Under the pieces are notes generated by a model. That model ran no database searches. It was not told the origin of the DNA and saw only the letters and a list, made by a program, of their open reading frames with translations. Below are positions 1 through 11,864 of a stretch of DNA of 64,000 nucleotides, in pieces. Each line of letters begins with the position of its first letter. Positions within the stretch are counted from its first letter, which is position 1. Source of the stretch: Wickerhamiella versatilis (taxonomy: Eukaryota); contig JAQOWU010000007.1 in assembly GCA_030867685.1 (NCBI GenBank), positions 2,480,001 to 2,544,000 on the forward strand. Reading direction: 5' to 3'. The translations under genes were made by a program, and so were the position numbers.

Positions 1-893
1 TCAGGAGATACAACTCCTAAGTATGATATGTTCGCGAGAATATATAAAATTGATACTCCAATTAAGGCAGCAGGTGCTGCAAACTTCAATACCCTTTGCG
101 GATTCCTAGTTTCAGCCAAGGCATAATTAGCATTATTGTACCCTGCATATGAAAATACGACATTGTAAAGACTCGTCACAGCACCATAGCTAGACGACTT
201 CCCAGCAAAACTATGTCTGAATGAATGTGTTGGTTTAACATTGGCCCCACCAGCCCATCCAACCCATCCTCCTACGATAATGAGTAGCAAGATAACAACC
301 TTGAAAATACCAAGTGTATTCTGGAGCCGCAGGGCGTGCTTCCCACCTACTGAATGTGCCAAATATGCGAATGAAAGACAACCGAATCCGATTAACTTGG
401 CATTCATACCTCTATCATCCACTTTAATCCCCGCAGCCTCACAAATATAGCTACCAAATGCAGAAGAGTTCGCCCCATTGCCTAACAGAAAGAGATAAAG
501 ACAATACATCGAAATCGCAAGTAAAGCTGGACGGCAATAGACGTAATTGAGATAGTGTTTCTCTCCCCCGTTTCCTGGAAGCATTGTTCCAAACTCAAGA
601 TACACCATCAGACCACTCATACTGATGAGTGCTCCTATGGCCCAAAATATAAGAGCTAGGCCAGGTGATCCAGCAAGTTTGACAATCGACGATGGTGTGG
701 AGAATATTCCAGTTCCAATCATCTTATTCAAGATAAGAAACACCGCACTCGTGGTACCAATATCACGGCGATGTTCTTTCTTTGACTCAGTGCTTGTGCT
801 CACAATATCCTCATGCAACCCTTTTTCATGACTCTCGTCACTTGATCTAAGGTCTGTGTGAAGAGAGCTTTCGACGTATTCGCTCTCCCCCAT
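1..893 (-). CDS. MUP1: High-affinity methionine permease-like amino acid transporter (APC/LAT family), 5' part; runs off the window
   Basis: Not in the ORF track. Manual translation from ATG at 893 gives MGESEYVESS...IGTTSAVFLILNKMIGTGIFSTPSSIVKLAGSPGLALIFWAIG...YLEFGTMLPGNGGEKHYL, the typical Mup1/LAT N-terminal motifs. Confidence 0.88.
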   Translation of the reverse strand, partial: MGESEYVESSLHTDLRSSDESHEKGLHEDIVSTSTESKKEHRRDIGTTSAVFLILNKMIGTGIFSTPSSIVKLAGSPGLALIFWAIGALISMSGLMVYLEFGTMLPGNGGEKHYLNYVYCRPALLAISMYCLYLFLLGNGANSSAFGSYICEAAGIKVDDRGMNAKLIGFGCLSFAYLAHSVGGKHALRLQNTLGIFKVVILLLIIVGGWVGWAGGANVKPTHSFRHSFAGKSSSYGAVTSLYNVVFSYAGYNNANYALAETRNPQRVLKFAAPAALIGVSILYILANISYLGVVSP

Positions 894-1141
894 TATTTTA
901 ACACCGCTTGAATCTCTGAGTGATATTAATGCGTCTTTAACTTTTTATATTAATCACTCTCATAATACCCTAACATCTATATATTTTTCATAATGTTGAG
1001 GAACGACTGCCTGCGATCATTTCACTAACTATCATGTAAGACTGAAATAATTATCCCGCTATAAAGATCCTTTTCCTTAATACTTGAGGAATTGAAGACT
1101 ACCGCTCACCGAAATTCTAGAAAAGATAGGTTCGATCATCA

Positions 1142-1148
1142 CACGTGA
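1142..1148 (-). promoter_or_regulatory. Cbf1-type E-box TCACGTG in the MUP1/JLP1 divergent intergenic region
   Basis: CACGTGA on + (TCACGTG on -), about 250 bp upstream of the MUP1-like ATG. Confidence 0.5.
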
Positions 1149-2438
1149 GCTAGCCTAATTACCGTACCCTTAGTGAGAGGCAGCAGTGAGCTCAATCTCT
1201 TTAATGGGTCTCGAATACTTAACTAAATCTCGGTAGAAACAGCCGTGGACCATCCGACACTATTGAGCAGATTTGTTGAAAATTGTCATTCTGTATAGCC
1301 ACTCTCTTCATTCCCCGCACTACTTCCAATTTGATGTAATCTGATTATGGATACTTTACTGTCATCACTCCTCACGAGGCAAAGAAAAATAATTATCTTC
1401 AAAAAAAGTCTTTACGGAATACCTTCGGTAAAGTACGCCGAGTTTTAGCCTTGTGAGCCGATTCCAGAACAGCAAGCTCTATCGTGCTGAAGGAAAACTC
1501 TGGTTTAACAAGAATAACATAACCTTCCGTATCATTATATGTTGAACTAACTTCCTCGGGGATATGATACAACTGCGATAAAAACTTATCTCAAGTGACA
1601 TAAGATGCATTTCCAACGCTTCCATCTAACTAGCTCAATCTAATTCTCAAAAGTTTCGCGCTGAGAGAGATATTGTATCACATGCTGCCTGGATTCCGAA
1701 AAGACAGAAAAACATCTGGATTGAACTGGCACTACACCCCGATATAGCACGAGCTGCATAGTCATGAGACAGGTTAGAAATAATATTGTGCCGGTCTGGA
1801 TCGGCTTGAGACATCTCGAAATCTGTACGTGACTCTTTAATTGACTGGTATATACCCCAAACGTATGTGAAAGAAAATGTCATGACATTGTGCCATAGAA
1901 ATGTTCGGAGCCCATTATGAGGTTGGTTGATCTGTATGTGTCGACATAAAAAAATAGATTAGAGTTCATGTTCGAAGCTGCATAGATCAAGTTATATGTG
2001 CTCAGCGACCAACACCAATGTTATTTTCAAACACTGGATACCTAGCTCCTGTTATTTTCATGTTGTACACTCGTTCATCGAGTAGATCATAATCCCCATA
2101 CTTCAATTAGGCCATTCCTTTGGCTTATACCTCAGGTACTCTAATGCTAATCAGGTTGAATCGGCATAGTAATTATTGAAAGTCAGCCAATATTGCGTAT
2201 ACTCTACATTATGAGTCTTTTAGTTCCAGTTAGCTTCAGGATATACAGATGCATAAAAAAGACCAATATACCATGTATAATTTTAAAAGTATAAATTCAT
2301 AAAATTTTATCATGGTCTCATTACCATTGCGTGATTCCGCAAGGGCTAGGGTGCGATAACCTACGGATATTGCGTGATACGGGGAAGCTTTATAATAGCA
2401 AAAGACTTGTGGAGAAAAAAGATATATCAATCCTTTTA

Positions 2439-3677
2439 ATGACATCAGTTGATACTATTAGCACGGCTCTGGATTCGTTGAAGTTCGCGAGATATGAAGA
2501 TAATCCCGAGCTGTTTGGTGAGATTCCAAAATCGGAACACCGGGGGCCTTCCTCCTGGGCTCATACGTTGACCGAAGGTCCATCAGTTTTGAAAGGGTAT
2601 AAGCCCCTTAAAAAAAGTGGGAAACTTGATGACACTTACAAATATACTGAAGTAACCCCTGGACTTGGTCGTGAGTTTTATGAGGACGCACGGCTTGCTG
2701 ACATCTTAGAAAACGAAGAATTGCTTCGCGATCTAGCTATCACAGTAAGTGAGAGAGGAGTTGTGTTTTTCAAGAATCAGCATGAGTTAACGGTCCAGCA
2801 ACAACTTAAACTCGCTGACGCGCTTGGCAAGGTGACCAACAAACCCAAGAGTGCAGGGCTACATATCCATCCAACTGCTTTTCAGCATTCCGCAGTAGAT
2901 GAACGGACAGGCAAAGCAGTACCTGAGTTATGGACTCTTGATACGCAGTACAATGCTAAACGTTATGGAACAGGCGGCAAGAGCACCGGTCCTGGATTCC
3001 ACACTGATATAGCTTTCGAGCCTGTACCTGCCAGCTATGCCATTCTGCGTCTGAAGGAAACTCCAAGCCATGTGCCTAGCGTAGATGAAATCAAATCTAC
3101 CCAGGCTGGAAGCGTTGGAGGAAGTGGGGGTGATACAATATGGGCCTCAGGCTATGGTTTAGCGGAAAAAGTAAGCCCCGCATTTTTATCATACCTAGAA
3201 AAATTGACTGGCGAATACACGGCTCCTGGTTTCGAGCGTCTCATTCAAAATGCGCATGTCCCGTTCTGGTCTGGAGAACGTGGCGCACCTGAAAATGTTG
3301 GTGAAGCTCTGACTGCCACACACCCTCTTGTCCGTACCAATCCTGTCACGGGCTGGAAGTCAATTTATGGGGTGAGTGGATTTTTTACGAAGATCAACGA
3401 GGTGAATACTCAGGAGAGCGACTATGTGCGCAGATATTTATTAGAGTTACTTTACACTAGCCCGGAGTTGCAATTGCGCTATAAGTGGAATGAAAATGAT
3501 GTAGCCATTTGGGACAACCGGTCGACATTTCACAGTATTATCCACGACCTACGCCTTCCTGATGGAGACATACTGCAGCGAGTGGGCATACGTTCTATGT
3601 CTCTAGGAGAGCGTCCATTTCTAGATCCACATTCTAAGTTACGAAGTGAAGTCCTATCTGGAGAGCAGCTAAGCTAG
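2439..3677 (+). CDS. JLP1: Fe(II)/alpha-ketoglutarate-dependent sulfonate dioxygenase (TauD/Jlp1 family)
   Basis: RGVVFFKNQ, HxD motif FHTDIAFEPVPASYAIL, GGDTIWAS, HPLVRTNPVTGWKS, WDNRSTFH. First ATG is at 2439; the track ORF starts at a GTG. Confidence 0.92.
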   Translation: MTSVDTISTALDSLKFARYEDNPELFGEIPKSEHRGPSSWAHTLTEGPSVLKGYKPLKKSGKLDDTYKYTEVTPGLGREFYEDARLADILENEELLRDLAITVSERGVVFFKNQHELTVQQQLKLADALGKVTNKPKSAGLHIHPTAFQHSAVDERTGKAVPELWTLDTQYNAKRYGTGGKSTGPGFHTDIAFEPVPASYAILRLKETPSHVPSVDEIKSTQAGSVGGSGGDTIWASGYGLAEKVSPAFLSYLEKLTGEYTAPGFERLIQNAHVPFWSGERGAPENVGEALTATHPLVRTNPVTGWKSIYGVSGFFTKINEVNTQESDYVRRYLLELLYTSPELQLRYKWNENDVAIWDNRSTFHSIIHDLRLPDGDILQRVGIRSMSLGERPFLDPHSKLRSEVLSGEQLS

Positions 3678-4022
3678 AATGGGTCATATAGCTCCAAGAT
3701 GCAATATCGGCGGCCAAAGACTGTGTGTGATCCCAGGGCCAGCACACAACTGGATATATTATCTAAATAGCATATTTGGATCTGCGAAAAGAATTCCTGA
3801 TTAAGAACTGAATATATTCCAGAATGGTAAGATGGATATGCAGATTACTGAAGGCTATCTTGCATTTCTGTTCAACCAACAATGTAAATTGAGCTTTCTG
3901 CAGCACCACGTTTATTAGGTTTTTTCGTCGGAATGTTGAATTTATAAATGGACTGATGTCTTCAACACTAAGCCTCGCTTACATCAGTATACTTATCGAC
4001 CTGGCAAATCCAAGTGCACCAT

Positions 4023-4030
4023 GTCACGTG
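4023..4030 (+). promoter_or_regulatory. Cbf1-type E-box GTCACGTG
   Basis: Exact match about 80 bp upstream of the ATG at 4110. Confidence 0.55.
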
Positions 4031-4109
4031 TTATCAGCAACTTCCAGCATATAGAAATATGATTAAAAAAAGTTCAGAGGAATACTAACCCAGAGTCCTC
4101 CATTATAGA

Positions 4110-5561
4110 ATGCTGTCTATCGGAAAACCCAAAACAAATATTGACAGCACGATATCGTACTCGAATAGCTCAGAAAATGAAAGTCTGAGAGGCAGTGTGA
4201 AGGTTAAATGGTATCACTCTACATTTTATAATACCACGATACTGGGACTCTGCAATTTCTTATCTCCTGGACTATGGGGGGCGATGAATTCGCTGGGAGC
4301 TGGTGGGCTTGAAAAGCCATATTTAGTGAATGCTTCAAACGCACTCACATTCGGATTAATGTTTTTAACATGTTTTGCTGGCTCTGCCCTGGTCAGAATT
4401 ATTGGGGTTCGTCAAGTATTGTCGTTTGGATGCATGGGATATGCTCCCTATGCAGCAGCGCTATACTGTAACAGTAGGTACGGTGTGGAATGGTTTGTCA
4501 TTTTTGGATCCGCATTATGTGGTTTGACTGCCGGATTGTTCTGGATGTCTGAGGCAGCAGTCGCATTAAGTTATCCGGAACCAGAGAGAAAAGGGAAGTT
4601 GATAGCTTATTGGCTTTGCTATCGTGTGGGTGGCCAACTGGTAGGGGGAGCCATAAATCTTGGAGTAAATGCGCATGATAATCACGCTGGAGGTATTTCC
4701 TACAAGGTCTATATAGTATTCATTACTTTGCAAGGACTGGGGCCTTTTGTGGCCTTCCTCCTGAATTCACCTGAAAAGGTTGAGCGCCGTGACGGCAAAA
4801 AGGTTCGCTTGGTGAGTGACCCTAGCATAATTGGCGAACTTAAGGAAACACTGAAATTTTTTCTTCGCAAAGAATTTCTACTTATTTTACCCCTTATTGC
4901 TCAAGCTGTATACTCGGAGGCATTCAATAACACCTATCTGGCTTCTTATTTTACTGTGCGATCTCGCGCTTTGGGTTCGTTTTTAAGTGCAGTATGTTGC
5001 ATGATATCGGGATTTTTTTTAGGGTTTCTTCTTGACAACAAAACATTGTTGAATAAAAAGAAAGCCCGCTGGGGGTTTATTGGTGTGCAGGCACTACAGG
5101 CAGGAATCTGGATATGGTCGACAGTGAATCAGCAGCAGTACACGCACGATAAGCCGACATTTGACTGGAATGACTCAGGTTTCGGCAAAGCATTTGGCTT
5201 ATACATATTTATGGCAATCAATTTCCAGTTAAATTACATGTACCTCTACTATGCTATCGGTAACTTGGCGAATTCTCCACAGGAAATTATTCGATTGTCT
5301 GCCCTACTACGAGGGACAGAATCGGCATCTCAAACTGTTAGCTACGGGTTGAATAGCGTACAGGCTCTTACGACTATTGGAAATTCTGCGATTAACTTTG
5401 GGCTTTGGGGTATCTCAATTATTCCGGCATCACTTGTCATTTGGAGAATAGGTACTCCAGGAGGCTTTGGTGCAATTGAAAGCACGATATATGTTGAAGA
5501 TCCACATCCTGAATCCCCACATGAAAAGGATTTGGCCGATGAACAAGCACATAAGAACTGA
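4110..5561 (+). CDS. MFS transporter, UNC-93-like (DUF895) family
   Basis: 483 aa, about 12 hydrophobic segments. ILGLCNFLSPGLWGAMNSLGAGG and GLFWMSEAAVALSYPEPERKG are typical of fungal UNC-93-like proteins. Confidence 0.85.
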   Translation: MLSIGKPKTNIDSTISYSNSSENESLRGSVKVKWYHSTFYNTTILGLCNFLSPGLWGAMNSLGAGGLEKPYLVNASNALTFGLMFLTCFAGSALVRIIGVRQVLSFGCMGYAPYAAALYCNSRYGVEWFVIFGSALCGLTAGLFWMSEAAVALSYPEPERKGKLIAYWLCYRVGGQLVGGAINLGVNAHDNHAGGISYKVYIVFITLQGLGPFVAFLLNSPEKVERRDGKKVRLVSDPSIIGELKETLKFFLRKEFLLILPLIAQAVYSEAFNNTYLASYFTVRSRALGSFLSAVCCMISGFFLGFLLDNKTLLNKKKARWGFIGVQALQAGIWIWSTVNQQQYTHDKPTFDWNDSGFGKAFGLYIFMAINFQLNYMYLYYAIGNLANSPQEIIRLSALLRGTESASQTVSYGLNSVQALTTIGNSAINFGLWGISIIPASLVIWRIGTPGGFGAIESTIYVEDPHPESPHEKDLADEQAHKN

Positions 5562-7012
5562 AAATAATTCTTCCACCAATATGAACCTTTATGCCATGCC
5601 ATTTACAATCATAGCTCTTAGAAATAATAGCCATTTTCCATAAGTGACGAGAGATAGCCATACTTACGTGGGCTGTTCACTCATCCTGTACATTTTCATT
5701 ATTTTACATACGCTACGATTCATCATAGATGCATTAAATGGCCAAATCAGTTGGGTTGAAAGCTTAAATATTTTGAAGGGGAAGTACATCAGCAATATCG
5801 TGGACGACTAGCTTTGACAGGTAAAGCACACTTTTTCTGAGATTCAGGTCAGGAGAACTGCCGCCAGTTAATAGGATTCGGCTGCTTAAATCCAATAAAA
5901 AGAATAAGGATAGACATAATTTTTTGGTTAAAAAAAAACATGGATCGTTATTGAATTGCCAGTGAAATAGAAGGCCCTCAAAAACCTAGGGTTTCAACAT
6001 AAGAAGCGACGAACAAACTAAGAACACAAAAAATATTCTCTTGCAACTCATTTTTGACCATAACCCCATAATAACTTTATAGGTGGTGCGTATTATCTCC
6101 CATCGATTTATTAATCAGACAGTATCTTAGTGACGGATAAGGGACGGGGTTCGCAGAACAGATGACACAGATTAAAAAACGAGAATCAGTGGCTAAAAAT
6201 TTGTGATAAATCCCCTTTTTGATTTTTAAATTGAAATTTACAACTCACACTTCACTCCTGTGATAAAACCCCTAGGTGAATCAGCGTCTGAAACATCCAG
6301 TTGATGGTCGTTGCTTCTAAATCCCTGCTATTATATAAGGCTCAAGCAAAGGGTTTGCCAAAGATCATACCTATATAAAAATAACTTGCCAATCTCGCAG
6401 TGAGAGAATGCAACAAATCATACTTACTAATTGAATTGTATAGGATGTTACGGGGATATTAGAGGTGCTTGCATTAAGCGATAGTCTACCAAATCCCAGT
6501 CTCCTGCAAATTTTCTTGTGAAACAAGATAAGCTAAGTCGAATATTAGTAACAATATCTAAGGGTCTTGTCCTGCATATCGAGAGAGCTCGTTCCTCACT
6601 TGTTACACAAAGAAATTTCTTTAGATGTGTTCCAATGGAAAGACTAATATTATCCAACATTTCAATTAGCAGTACGTCTAGCGAGGAGACGTATTATGTC
6701 GTTACGCTATTTTTTAGGTAACATCATATCACAATGTCAATTGTTTGTCATCATGCATATGCAAGATATTATTTTACAGTGAAGACTTCTTGTGCGGGTA
6801 ATGTCAGTTTCAGGCACAAATAGTGGTGGATTCAGAGATTTATATTGCCTACAATCATTTATTAGCCTAAATATTCAACTCCCTCTCATTTTTGAAAAAC
6901 TAAGCAAATTTGAAAAACCTATCCTCAGGTGATCAAGTGTCATCATTCGATATCACGTCATTTGAGTGATGCCTTAATAATAAAGAGACTAGTAAGACTA
7001 GCTGGAAGAAAA

Positions 7013-9589
7013 ATGTCGTCCGGGGACTCCGAATCAACGAATCCCTCTTGGAAGGAGAAAGGTGTGGATGAAAAGAATGTGTACATTGGGTCTGATTCGA
7101 TTTCCAAGGGATCTACAGATTGGTATGCAGATGGGTCGCTTACTCCTGAAGATCTAGAAATCATTCAGGCACATCTTGATGATATTTCACACGATGAGGC
7201 TTTAGAGATTGTACGTAAAGCTGTGCGCAAGCATAAGTATGATCCAGGTCTCCCTATTCCATACCTTGAGCACCTAAAAGCTCTGGCAGAACCTGAGCCG
7301 CCAGTCCATCTCACCGAAGCAGAATTTGAATATCACGTGAAATTTGAAGCTTTCGTTATTTCCCAGTGGTCTATTTACCCCGAGGTGCGCGCAGCAACAC
7401 GACCTATCGGCGAAAAGGATGAGCCTTGCGAAACGTTCCGAGTCTATGTCATTGGAATAGCCTGGGCAGGTGCAGGTAGTTGCTTGGACACATTCTTCGC
7501 GAACCGATTCCCTGATATCTCAATGAGTGGAATATCGCTGCAAATTTTAGTGGCATTGACGGGCCGTCTTTGGGCTTCTTTTCCTAAACCGTCTGAAGGC
7601 AGCCGCTGGAGATGGCTCAATCCAGGACCTTGGGGATTTAAGGAGCAGGTACTTTCATCTTGCGCAGTTACTGTAGCAGCTAAGAGTCCATACGTGTACT
7701 ACGTGATCACAGCGCAGGCAAATAAATATTTCTTTGATTTCGATGGGTTTGGATACGGGTACGTTATTCTTTTACTGCTGAGTTCGACCTTTATGGGTTT
7801 CGGTGTTGCTGGATTGCTGAGGGTCCTGCTTGTGTATCCAGAGGATGCCATATGGTACCAAGCTCTTCCTAGTATAGTGCTCTCGCGCTCTCTTATCCGA
7901 CCAGAAGCAAGACAGTCTGTTAACCACTGGCGATTAACACGTATTGAAATATTTTGGGTAGTGTCCTGGTTGAGTTTTGGCTGGTACTGGATTACAGGAT
8001 TCGTATTTACAGGACTTCAGAATTTCGATTGGCCGGTTTGGTGCAATCCACGTAATATTGACCTGGCTGCTATCTGTGGTAACACCAGTGGGCTTGGTCT
8101 TAACCCAATCCCATTCTTAACTACATTTGATTGGAATATTGCTGACAGTCATGGAATGATTATGCCCTGGTGGTCACAGGCGAATACCATTTTTGGGCTT
8201 GTAGTAGCATTTTCCGCCATTGTGGGCATCTGGTACACCAACGTCAGTTTCACGGGATACCTACCCATAAACTCGAACACTCTGTACACAAACACGGGAA
8301 AGAAATTTAATGTGTCTAAGATTCTGAATGCGGATGGGTCGTTCTCATACGATAAGTATAAATCATATTCTTCGCCGTATTTTACAGCAGGGGCTCTCAT
8401 CGGTTATGGTTGCAACTTGGCTTTGTATCCAGCGGCGGTGACATATGCCATTCTTTACCACGGTGAGCATATTTGGCAGTCAACTAAGCAGCTAGTGCGA
8501 GGCTTTTTACGCGCAGACGCCATTCTAGCAGAACAGAATGATCGATTTAGCCGGGCAATGAGAAAATATAAAGAGGTTCCTGAGTATTGGTACCTTGCCG
8601 TTTTGATTGCTGCTTTCGTGGTATCGATTGGCATGGTAGAAGGGTATAAAAATACCCAGACCCCTGTCTGGTCAATTGTGTTGTCAATTGGCATTTCATT
8701 GGTACTTATTGTTCCATTTGGATACCTGTATCAGGCTACGAGTTACCAGATCGATCCTAACGAGATAATGGAGGTAGTGATGGGTGCGTTGAGGCCGGGC
8801 GATGCCCAATCAAACATGATAACTAAGGCTTATGCAACAACATTGACGAACCAAGCAGAGGCATATCTGATGTCGTTGAAGGAAGCTCATTATGTGGGGC
8901 TTCCAACACGACCACTATTTCGGTTGCAGATGATTGCATGTGCTGTTTCTTGCTTTGTTCAATCTGGTATCATAACTTGGCAGCAATTTCAGGGTGGTGT
9001 TCCTGACATGTGTAGCACGAGTAATACCAGCAGTCGTTTCACATGTGGTGGTGCACGTCAGTACTTTAATGCCGGTGTTAATTTCGGAACAATCGGTACA
9101 CCTCGTCTGTTCAGACATATCTATCCAGGTCTTAAGTGGAGCTTTTTATATGGTGCGTTGCTACCTTTGCCGATCTATGTATTACGTCGTTGGTGTTTTC
9201 CACGCTTATCGGAAAAGGTTAAACGGGGCCTTCGGTGGACTAACGGCATCAACGAGCTCGCGCTGCTCTCTGGGGCTAAGTATTGGGCTCCACAATCCCT
9301 CCAATACACTGCACCGAATGCATTCTTATGCTGGTTTTTCAGCTACTTCGTGAAAAGGCGGTTTCCTCGCTGGCATACGCAATATGTTCACATAATCTGG
9401 GCTGCTATGGGAGTTGGTGTCGCCTATTCAGCTCTCATAATGTTCTTTGCCACACAATATAAGCACACTGCGCAAATCAGCTGGTGGGGAAATCATGTTG
9501 CCTCAAGGGGTCTAGATGCTGACTATGAAGCTCGCCGTCTACCCATACCTGATATAGGTTACTTCGGTCCTGCCGCACCACTGCCGTGA
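7013..9589 (+). CDS. Oligopeptide transporter (OPT family; glutathione/oligopeptide uptake)
   Basis: SIYPEVRA, ETFRVYVIG, NPGPWGFKEQ and YKEVPEYWY OPT motifs; C-terminal SWWGN. First ATG at 7013. Confidence 0.93.
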   Translation: MSSGDSESTNPSWKEKGVDEKNVYIGSDSISKGSTDWYADGSLTPEDLEIIQAHLDDISHDEALEIVRKAVRKHKYDPGLPIPYLEHLKALAEPEPPVHLTEAEFEYHVKFEAFVISQWSIYPEVRAATRPIGEKDEPCETFRVYVIGIAWAGAGSCLDTFFANRFPDISMSGISLQILVALTGRLWASFPKPSEGSRWRWLNPGPWGFKEQVLSSCAVTVAAKSPYVYYVITAQANKYFFDFDGFGYGYVILLLLSSTFMGFGVAGLLRVLLVYPEDAIWYQALPSIVLSRSLIRPEARQSVNHWRLTRIEIFWVVSWLSFGWYWITGFVFTGLQNFDWPVWCNPRNIDLAAICGNTSGLGLNPIPFLTTFDWNIADSHGMIMPWWSQANTIFGLVVAFSAIVGIWYTNVSFTGYLPINSNTLYTNTGKKFNVSKILNADGSFSYDKYKSYSSPYFTAGALIGYGCNLALYPAAVTYAILYHGEHIWQSTKQLVRGFLRADAILAEQNDRFSRAMRKYKEVPEYWYLAVLIAAFVVSIGMVEGYKNTQTPVWSIVLSIGISLVLIVPFGYLYQATSYQIDPNEIMEVVMGALRPGDAQSNMITKAYATTLTNQAEAYLMSLKEAHYVGLPTRPLFRLQMIACAVSCFVQSGIITWQQFQGGVPDMCSTSNTSSRFTCGGARQYFNAGVNFGTIGTPRLFRHIYPGLKWSFLYGALLPLPIYVLRRWCFPRLSEKVKRGLRWTNGINELALLSGAKYWAPQSLQYTAPNAFLCWFFSYFVKRRFPRWHTQYVHIIWAAMGVGVAYSALIMFFATQYKHTAQISWWGNHVASRGLDADYEARRLPIPDIGYFGPAAPLP

Positions 9590-10037
9590 AGAATCTACAA
9601 TATCAAAGATTAATTCGAATTATTTGTCCTAAATGATACATGGTAAGATAGCTCACTCGAAGTTTCCCTATATATATAGTGTGTAACACCTGCGAAATTT
9701 TCTTAACTTGTGAAAAATCAAAGGTCATCTTCAGACATCTCTAGCAAGCAAATATACCCAAAGAGGTGCCCTTTTATTTGCAGAACGAGTCTCAACTCAT
9801 TCAGTGGAGGTTTTCCTACTAACACTATACTGGCAGTTGGGAATCAATCGCTTTCAAAGTTGATAATAGGAGTTATTAAAAAGACAATGCAGGGTTGGGT
9901 AAATGAGATATCAAGAACAGCATTATATTTTGGGCTGTATTGCAATCTAGAACCCAAAATTAGCAGAGATTTGGGCTTTGCCTAACTGCAAGAAATTTAA
10001 TAACCGGGGCTAGGGATGTTTTATTGAAATCGTAGCA

Positions 10038-10045
10038 CACGTGAC
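10038..10045 (-). promoter_or_regulatory. Cbf1-type E-box GTCACGTG
   Basis: CACGTGAC on +, about 235 bp upstream of the Dal5-family ATG. Confidence 0.5.
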
Positions 10046-10277
10046 ATTATGAATATACGCGCAATATCTCGTAATCACATCGCATTGAACCAAAGAGACA
10101 GCTGGAGGGATAGATTTTTTTTGAGAATATTATAATTAATTACTGAAGACATGCAGGGGTTATTTCTAGCAAAGGTCTACGAGCAGAAGAATACAGCTCC
10201 TATCTATCAGTATATGACATAAGGTACTGCATCATAGTATATTACATATACTTTCTTTCCACGCACGATTTCCCGGC

Positions 10278-11864
10278 ATGGGTCATTCCAAATTTGATAT
10301 CTCTGAAAAAGGGTTCAACCTAGAAGTTAATGGACTGGAAAGTGATGACGCGGAACCACGGGATAATGATACTCAGCTATCTCAGCACTATGAAATTAAC
10401 GAAAAAGAACATGAGCATGGAGATATAGTCCTCAGGTATGTACACAACCCCCATGAAAATGATCAGGTACCGCCGGAAGTGGAACGTCGTCTAGCCTTCA
10501 AAGCCGATATCTACCTATTCACATTCATGGCATGGTGCTACTGTCTACAATTTGCAGATAAGACAGTTCTCAGCGGATCTAGCATGCTAGGGATCACTGC
10601 TGATCTTCAGATGGAGGGGGATATGTACAGCTGGGCTGGTAGTAGCTTCTATTATGGCTACTTGGTGGGTGCTATTCCCATGGCGTTCATTTTGCAAATA
10701 TATCCTGTGAGCAAGGTTGTTTCAGTGTGTTACTTTGCTTGGGCTGTCGTTCTCACGCTATCCGCAGCAAGCCAGAATTATGGAGGATTCATCGCTACTA
10801 GAGTTATACTGGGATTTCTTGAATCGGTTGTGACTTCGGCATTTACAATAATCACCACACAATGGTTTCCGCGCAATTCCCATTTCACACGAATCTGTTA
10901 TTGGTTTGGATGCAATGGGTTGGGTACCATTCTCGCGAACTCAATAGCCTACGGCATTTATAGGAGAAGCTCGACGACTATTGCACCATGGAGATGCCTA
11001 ATTCTAATTATGGGCCTCATAACGGTCGTTAGTAGCATTGCATTTTATTTTCACGTTCCAGATACTCCTGTAAAAGCCTGGTTTCTTAGCGAGGAAGAGC
11101 GTGCTTGGCAAGTACAAGTTATTAGGGAGCATAACGGTGGTGCCGGTTATGGTACCGGTATAATCAAAAAGTATCAGGTAAAAGAGGCCATTCTTGACCC
11201 GGCTACGTGGTTAGCAGCCTTTCACATATTGCTGGGGAACGTCTCGAATGGTGCAACCACAAATTTCGCATCACTTCTCCTAAAAGGAATGGGCTTCGAA
11301 TCCACTCGCGATTCACTGTTGATGACATTACCTGGTGGTGGTATCGAGCTTGTAGGTTGTGTGGTCACCGGGTTTGCTTCCAAATACATATTCCACAATA
11401 ATCGCATGGTATATTGTGTCACCAGTAATGCTGTTTCTGTGATTTGTCTATGTCTGCTTGCTTGGGGTCCCAACAATGCCTCTCAACTCGCTGGAAATTA
11501 TATCTCCAGCTGGGTGGGTCCTATAAGTATGATTGCATTTCTGTCAAATATAGGCTCAAATTCCGCTGGTCATACCAAAAAGCTAGTAACAAATGGTATC
11601 TTTCTGGCTTGCTATGCGATCGGTAATCTCTGTGGACCTTATAGCTTTCGGCGCAGTGAAGCTCCATATTATACAACAGGTAAGACAACTATGGCGGCGA
11701 CCACAGCAGCATCATTCATTCTTACATTACTTTTGGTGTCTCTAAATCTCTGGCGGAACTGGCAGAGAAATAAGAAAAACGAGAAGCTCCCAGCCAGTAT
11801 CGAAAATCCTGAATTTGCTGATTTGACAGATCTCGAAAACCCAGAGTTCAGATATGCCATGTAA
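10278..11864 (+). CDS. Dal5/allantoate-permease family MFS (anion:cation symporter; the family includes Yct1 and Soa1 sulfur-compound carriers)
   Basis: LQFADK, YSWAGSSFYYGYL, PDTPVKAWFLSEEER, NSAGHTKK and the C-terminal FADLTDLENPEFRY signature. Confidence 0.92.
   Translation: MGHSKFDISEKGFNLEVNGLESDDAEPRDNDTQLSQHYEINEKEHEHGDIVLRYVHNPHENDQVPPEVERRLAFKADIYLFTFMAWCYCLQFADKTVLSGSSMLGITADLQMEGDMYSWAGSSFYYGYLVGAIPMAFILQIYPVSKVVSVCYFAWAVVLTLSAASQNYGGFIATRVILGFLESVVTSAFTIITTQWFPRNSHFTRICYWFGCNGLGTILANSIAYGIYRRSSTTIAPWRCLILIMGLITVVSSIAFYFHVPDTPVKAWFLSEEERAWQVQVIREHNGGAGYGTGIIKKYQVKEAILDPATWLAAFHILLGNVSNGATTNFASLLLKGMGFESTRDSLLMTLPGGGIELVGCVVTGFASKYIFHNNRMVYCVTSNAVSVICLCLLAWGPNNASQLAGNYISSWVGPISMIAFLSNIGSNSAGHTKKLVTNGIFLACYAIGNLCGPYSFRRSEAPYYTTGKTTMAATTAASFILTLLLVSLNLWRNWQRNKKNEKLPASIENPEFADLTDLENPEFRYAM

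Noticed and set aside
2331..2438. Extended N-termini given by the ORF track from GTG/TTG starts (also 6929, 29362, 35279)
   Set aside because: Eukaryotic locus; downstream ATGs give proper starts and signal peptides.
7333..7340. TCACGTGA, and other CACGTG copies near 32654, 36225 and 53708
   Set aside because: Inside coding sequence; consistent with chance occurrence.
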